This document shows positions 60,701 to 64,000 of a DNA stretch of 64,000 bases, one piece after another. Position 1 is the first letter of the stretch; each line of letters starts with the position of its first letter. The notes under the pieces are model-generated. The model ran no database searches and was not told the origin of the DNA. It saw only the letters and a program-made list of their open reading frames with translations. Source of the stretch: Amoebophrya sp. A120 (Eukaryota; Protista; Dinoflagellata); contig CAJINV010000005.1 in assembly GCA_905178155.1 (NCBI GenBank), positions 6,435,207-6,499,206 of the forward strand. Direction: 5' to 3'. The translations under genes were made by a program, and so were the position numbers.

Positions 60701-63700
60701 GCTTGTTTTGCTGCTGCTGCAACTGCTGCATCACCCGCATGTTCGGCGACCGAGATCGGCTGTTTTCTGATCTTCGGTTCATCGCGACGGAATGCTCAAG
60801 AGCCAGCTCGATGGTCTGCTTGTGCACCTGAAAAGCGAGGGTGTTATTCGGTGTGGACAGGTTTCTTCGGTCTCCTGGATTTGTTTCAAATCCATTCTCC
60901 GCGATAGAACCACCACCCGCACCCGTGTTCGAGGACCGGGAGTTCAATTTGTTCCGTCTTGGGCTGTTACTATTTCCTGTTCCTCGCGTTGGCGACGGAG
61001 AATTTAGCATCTGTTGACCCGCCAACACCTGCGCTCGCGTGCTCCGGAGCTTCTGGTCGCGGAGCGTCGTGTTGAGCGGGGACTTTGTCATCAGATTCGG
61101 ATTTGTCCCCGGTCTCGACTGGAACAAAGGTGAGTTGCTCCGCGTTCTGTCGAAAGCTAGGAGTTGTTCTCCTGTGTTCGTCCGGCTTCTACCTCCACCG
61201 GGTGCTAGCATGAAAAAATCCGTCCCGTCGGTAGCCGAGTTGATGTTCAAGGTTCTTTCAAAATTCTTATCCACCACCGTTTTCGCCGGAGCGGTCCCTG
61301 TCCGTCTACCCCCAGTGATTGGACCTTGTTGGTTCAAGCTTGTAGCCCCGGCTTGCATCCCGCCATTCGCCGTGCTGATACCACGAAAGGAGCTCCGCCC
61401 GAGAGCCCTCCGGGCCGCTGGGCTGGCTAACCTCTGCGCCGCTGTTCCCGCGTTCGCGAAAATTTGCGTTTTTGTCGTCCGTGCGGAATCCAAGAATTGT
61501 GTGCTGTGAGTGGAATTCTGCGTGCTCGCATGGTGCATCTGGTTCGCACTGTTGTTATATTCCCGGGAGTAATACGGTCCTTCCTGTGAATTCTCGCCAA
61601 ACACGTGGCTGTCGTGCAAATCCATGCTGTCTTGCACAGAGCTGTTCGTAAAATGGTCCTCCTGCGAAGCCGTTGAAGCCTGGTGCTTTTTCGGACTCCG
61701 ACTGCTGCCATGCTCCCGAGTCATACCGGCTTTTGGCGAGATCACCACCCCAGTCGGACTGTGCACGGAAATTTTCCGACCCTTCATGGGGTTTTGCTGC
61801 GCAAGAACATTCGCAGCCGGAAGCACACCCGAAGTGGAATTCGTCGGGAACTCAAACACGGATAGCAACGAGCCGTTTTTGTCGTTCAAATGGATCGAAG
61901 AGTGCGTCTTGTCCAACGACCCCGCAGGCGCGCCGCCATGCTGACTCCCCATGTAGACGCTGGTCACGATGGAGGAAACCAAGTTGTCCATATCGTTGTT
62001 TTCCGCTTGGTTATTTTCCGATAACTTTTTCCACTTCGAGCCCTCTAAAGCTTTGACTACATCCACCTGCGTCGTGGCGAACTTCGCTGACTCGTCGTGT
62101 TCCCGCAGCATAGACATGTTGTTCACCTTTCCGGCCGCCAGGGTGGTGCTCTGCTCGTCGGGCAGGATAATCATCGAAGAGTTCCCGCCGGTGGAGAGTT
62201 GCTCCTTGGAAAGCACAGCTTGAGTTGTAGAATTGGCTGGAACAGTAGGGAACTGGTGTGAACCAAGACCTTCACCTTCTGCCTTTTCTTTACTTGTAGA
62301 AGTCGTCCTTGTATTTTTCGTCGCGGCTTTGTTCTTCAATTTCTCAGCCAAATCTTTCTGCAAGGACTCCGCGGGGTCGACCTCTCTAACCGGTTTCACC
62401 TTCTTCGACCCAAGAACTTTCTGCTTGTTTTTCGGCGACACCGACTCCTGTTTTGCAACCGCTTTTGCGTAACTCGTCATATCTTTCGCAGGTAGAACTT
62501 CCACCTTCGCCTTTCTCGCTTGCAAGCCCGGGATGTCGATTACTAGAGATTCTTCGTGGTTTTTCCGCCGATTCCAGGTGTAGGATGCCTTCAGTAACGG
62601 TTGCCCCCGACCAGCTGTGTGAGTGTTGTTGCTGTAGTTGTCCCCGCTTTTCTTTTTTTTCGACGTCCCGCGATTAATACCTTTCGTGTTGAAATTATTC
62701 ACGTTCTGCTTGGAACTACCGTAACCAGAGGAGGTTGCGTAATTCGCATCCACAAAGTCTTTCCCCTCGTCCTCATCTAACCACAAGGATTTTTCATGCT
62801 CGTCAAACCAGGGCGTTTTCTGGTTCAAGGCCTGCAAATTATCTCCCCGCCGGTAGGTCGCATCGGGCAAGCTAGTCGGTAAACCGGTGGAATACGGGTT
62901 GTGCAGTAGTCTCCGCTGCACAATCTTGCTCATGGGGGAGAGGTGGACCGGGTACGGTTTTCCGGTGCTCGGATTCACCTGCTGGTTGATCAAACTGGTT
63001 GTTTGGAGATGTTGCAACTGTTGTTGCTGCTGCTGTTGCTGCAACTGCGCATTGTAAAGTTGCTGTGCGAAGGGGGAGGGATTTCCAGTGCCGTTTCCTG
63101 GGAGAAGAGGATCGCCTGGAGCAGGCCCAGCACCCGGAACTATTGCACCTCTTCCCGCTTGGTCTTGCAATTGCGCATGAGAAAGAGCTTGTGGTCCATC
63201 CTGCTCCTTACTGGTCGTTCCCGCAGCGCCAGCAACTGGACTTTGCTCCAACCACTTGTCCAATTTGTTCTTTTGCAAAACCGTGGAGTTTTTCTTCATC
63301 TTCAGATACTGTTCGAATTTTGCGTCCTCCGAATCTGCTTCCGCGACCTGATCATTGTTCCCGTCGTCAAAAATCTCCCGTCGCGTCGCATCGACAGCGG
63401 CGCGGGTGAATTTTTTCGCACCGGCTAGGTAGTGCGGAACCGGAGCAGAAGCTATGGCTGGAGTCTGCTGAAGTGAAGATCCTGGGGCACCAGCAGCTCC
63501 CGGGGCCATAGAGTGGTTGAAAAAGTTACTCCCCGTCGTGTTGGCACTTTGCAGAGCGCGGAGCTCCGCTTCTTCCTGCGCGGTCAAATCCTGTTTCAGC
63601 AACTGCTGCGTCACTGGACTCGTCAACTGCTGCGGCACTGGTTCGTACACAGCGATGTTTGCAGGATTTTCGTTGAAATCCACGGGTGAGTTTTGTCCCT

Positions 63701-64000
63701 CCTGCGCAGAAGAGTTATCCACCCCAACTCCCGAGTAGGAATTGTCATCTGCGGATGTTCCACCACCTGGGTTGATGTTTACCCCGTGGCACACTTCGTC
63801 TTCCAGAATCTGCCGCCCGGACTTGTCATGGAATCGGATGCTGTTCGGCGGTGTGATCCCGTCGCTTAACTTCTTTGTAGCATTATGTCCTTTCGCACCA
63901 CCACCAGGAACGATATTTTTCAACGATAAATTGCCAGTTCCGGCGCTAGACCCAGTGGTTCCTGCAGTTGACTCTCTGGTATTTGGTTTGGTGGAAACGG
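57743..64000 (-). CDS. Large low-complexity hypothetical protein; 5' end outside window; 3 introners + 1 GT-AG intron
   Basis: 1160-aa ORF joins in frame: KLQL|QEQHNQ...WKR|KQARMWTS...VFP|AVMNDN...NEQD|MMDFLQ; exact 3' end uncertain. Confidence 0.75.
58109..59026 (-). other. Probable canonical GT-AG intron (918 bp) with mosaic internal duplications
   Basis: GAC|GTATTA...ACATCAG|ATG in frame; 58131-58320 resembles 58637-58810, and 58570-58636 is repeated at 58750-58816. Confidence 0.6.
59418..59636. mobile_element. Introner family C
   Basis: TIRs; DR CTGGG/CTGGG. Confidence 0.92.
59912..60198. mobile_element. Introner family E-like
   Basis: TIRs; DR TCCGT/TCCGT. Confidence 0.9.
60353..60513. 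mobile_element. Introner family B
   Basis: TIRs; DR AGTTG/AGTTG. Confidence 0.92.

Noticed and set aside
2109-63738. Long plus-strand ORFs (e.g. 4322-5176, 18837-19685, 25859-26617)
   Set aside because: Antisense shadows of minus-strand genes

Overview
Eukaryotic genomic DNA, most likely a syndinian dinoflagellate parasite of the genus Amoebophrya (inferred from gene architecture only). All credible genes lie on the minus strand. I count 53 short non-autonomous elements in about 12 families (138-328 bp; two are >1 kb because of nested inserts). They share one architecture: 5-bp direct repeat + TAT... terminal inverted repeat + interior rich in GCA-NN-ACA(A/G) motifs + inverted repeat ...ATA + direct repeat. 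52 of the 53 sit inside coding sequence and have no conserved GT-AG ends. Removing each element plus one 5-bp repeat copy joins the fragmented ORFs into uninterrupted proteins: a TFIIS-like factor, a ~2,250-aa App1-like HAD phosphatase, a ~2,650-aa C2-domain protein and a 281-aa membrane protein cut by 12 elements. Copies of one family occur in both orientations, so removal appears to depend on structure or repeats rather than on a splice-site sequence. Two elements carry nested TG...CA transposons with 4-bp TSDs. An intronless Spp2/MOS2 (GPKOW) splicing-factor gene is present. No transposase is visible. Coordinates were read by hand and may be off by a few bp.
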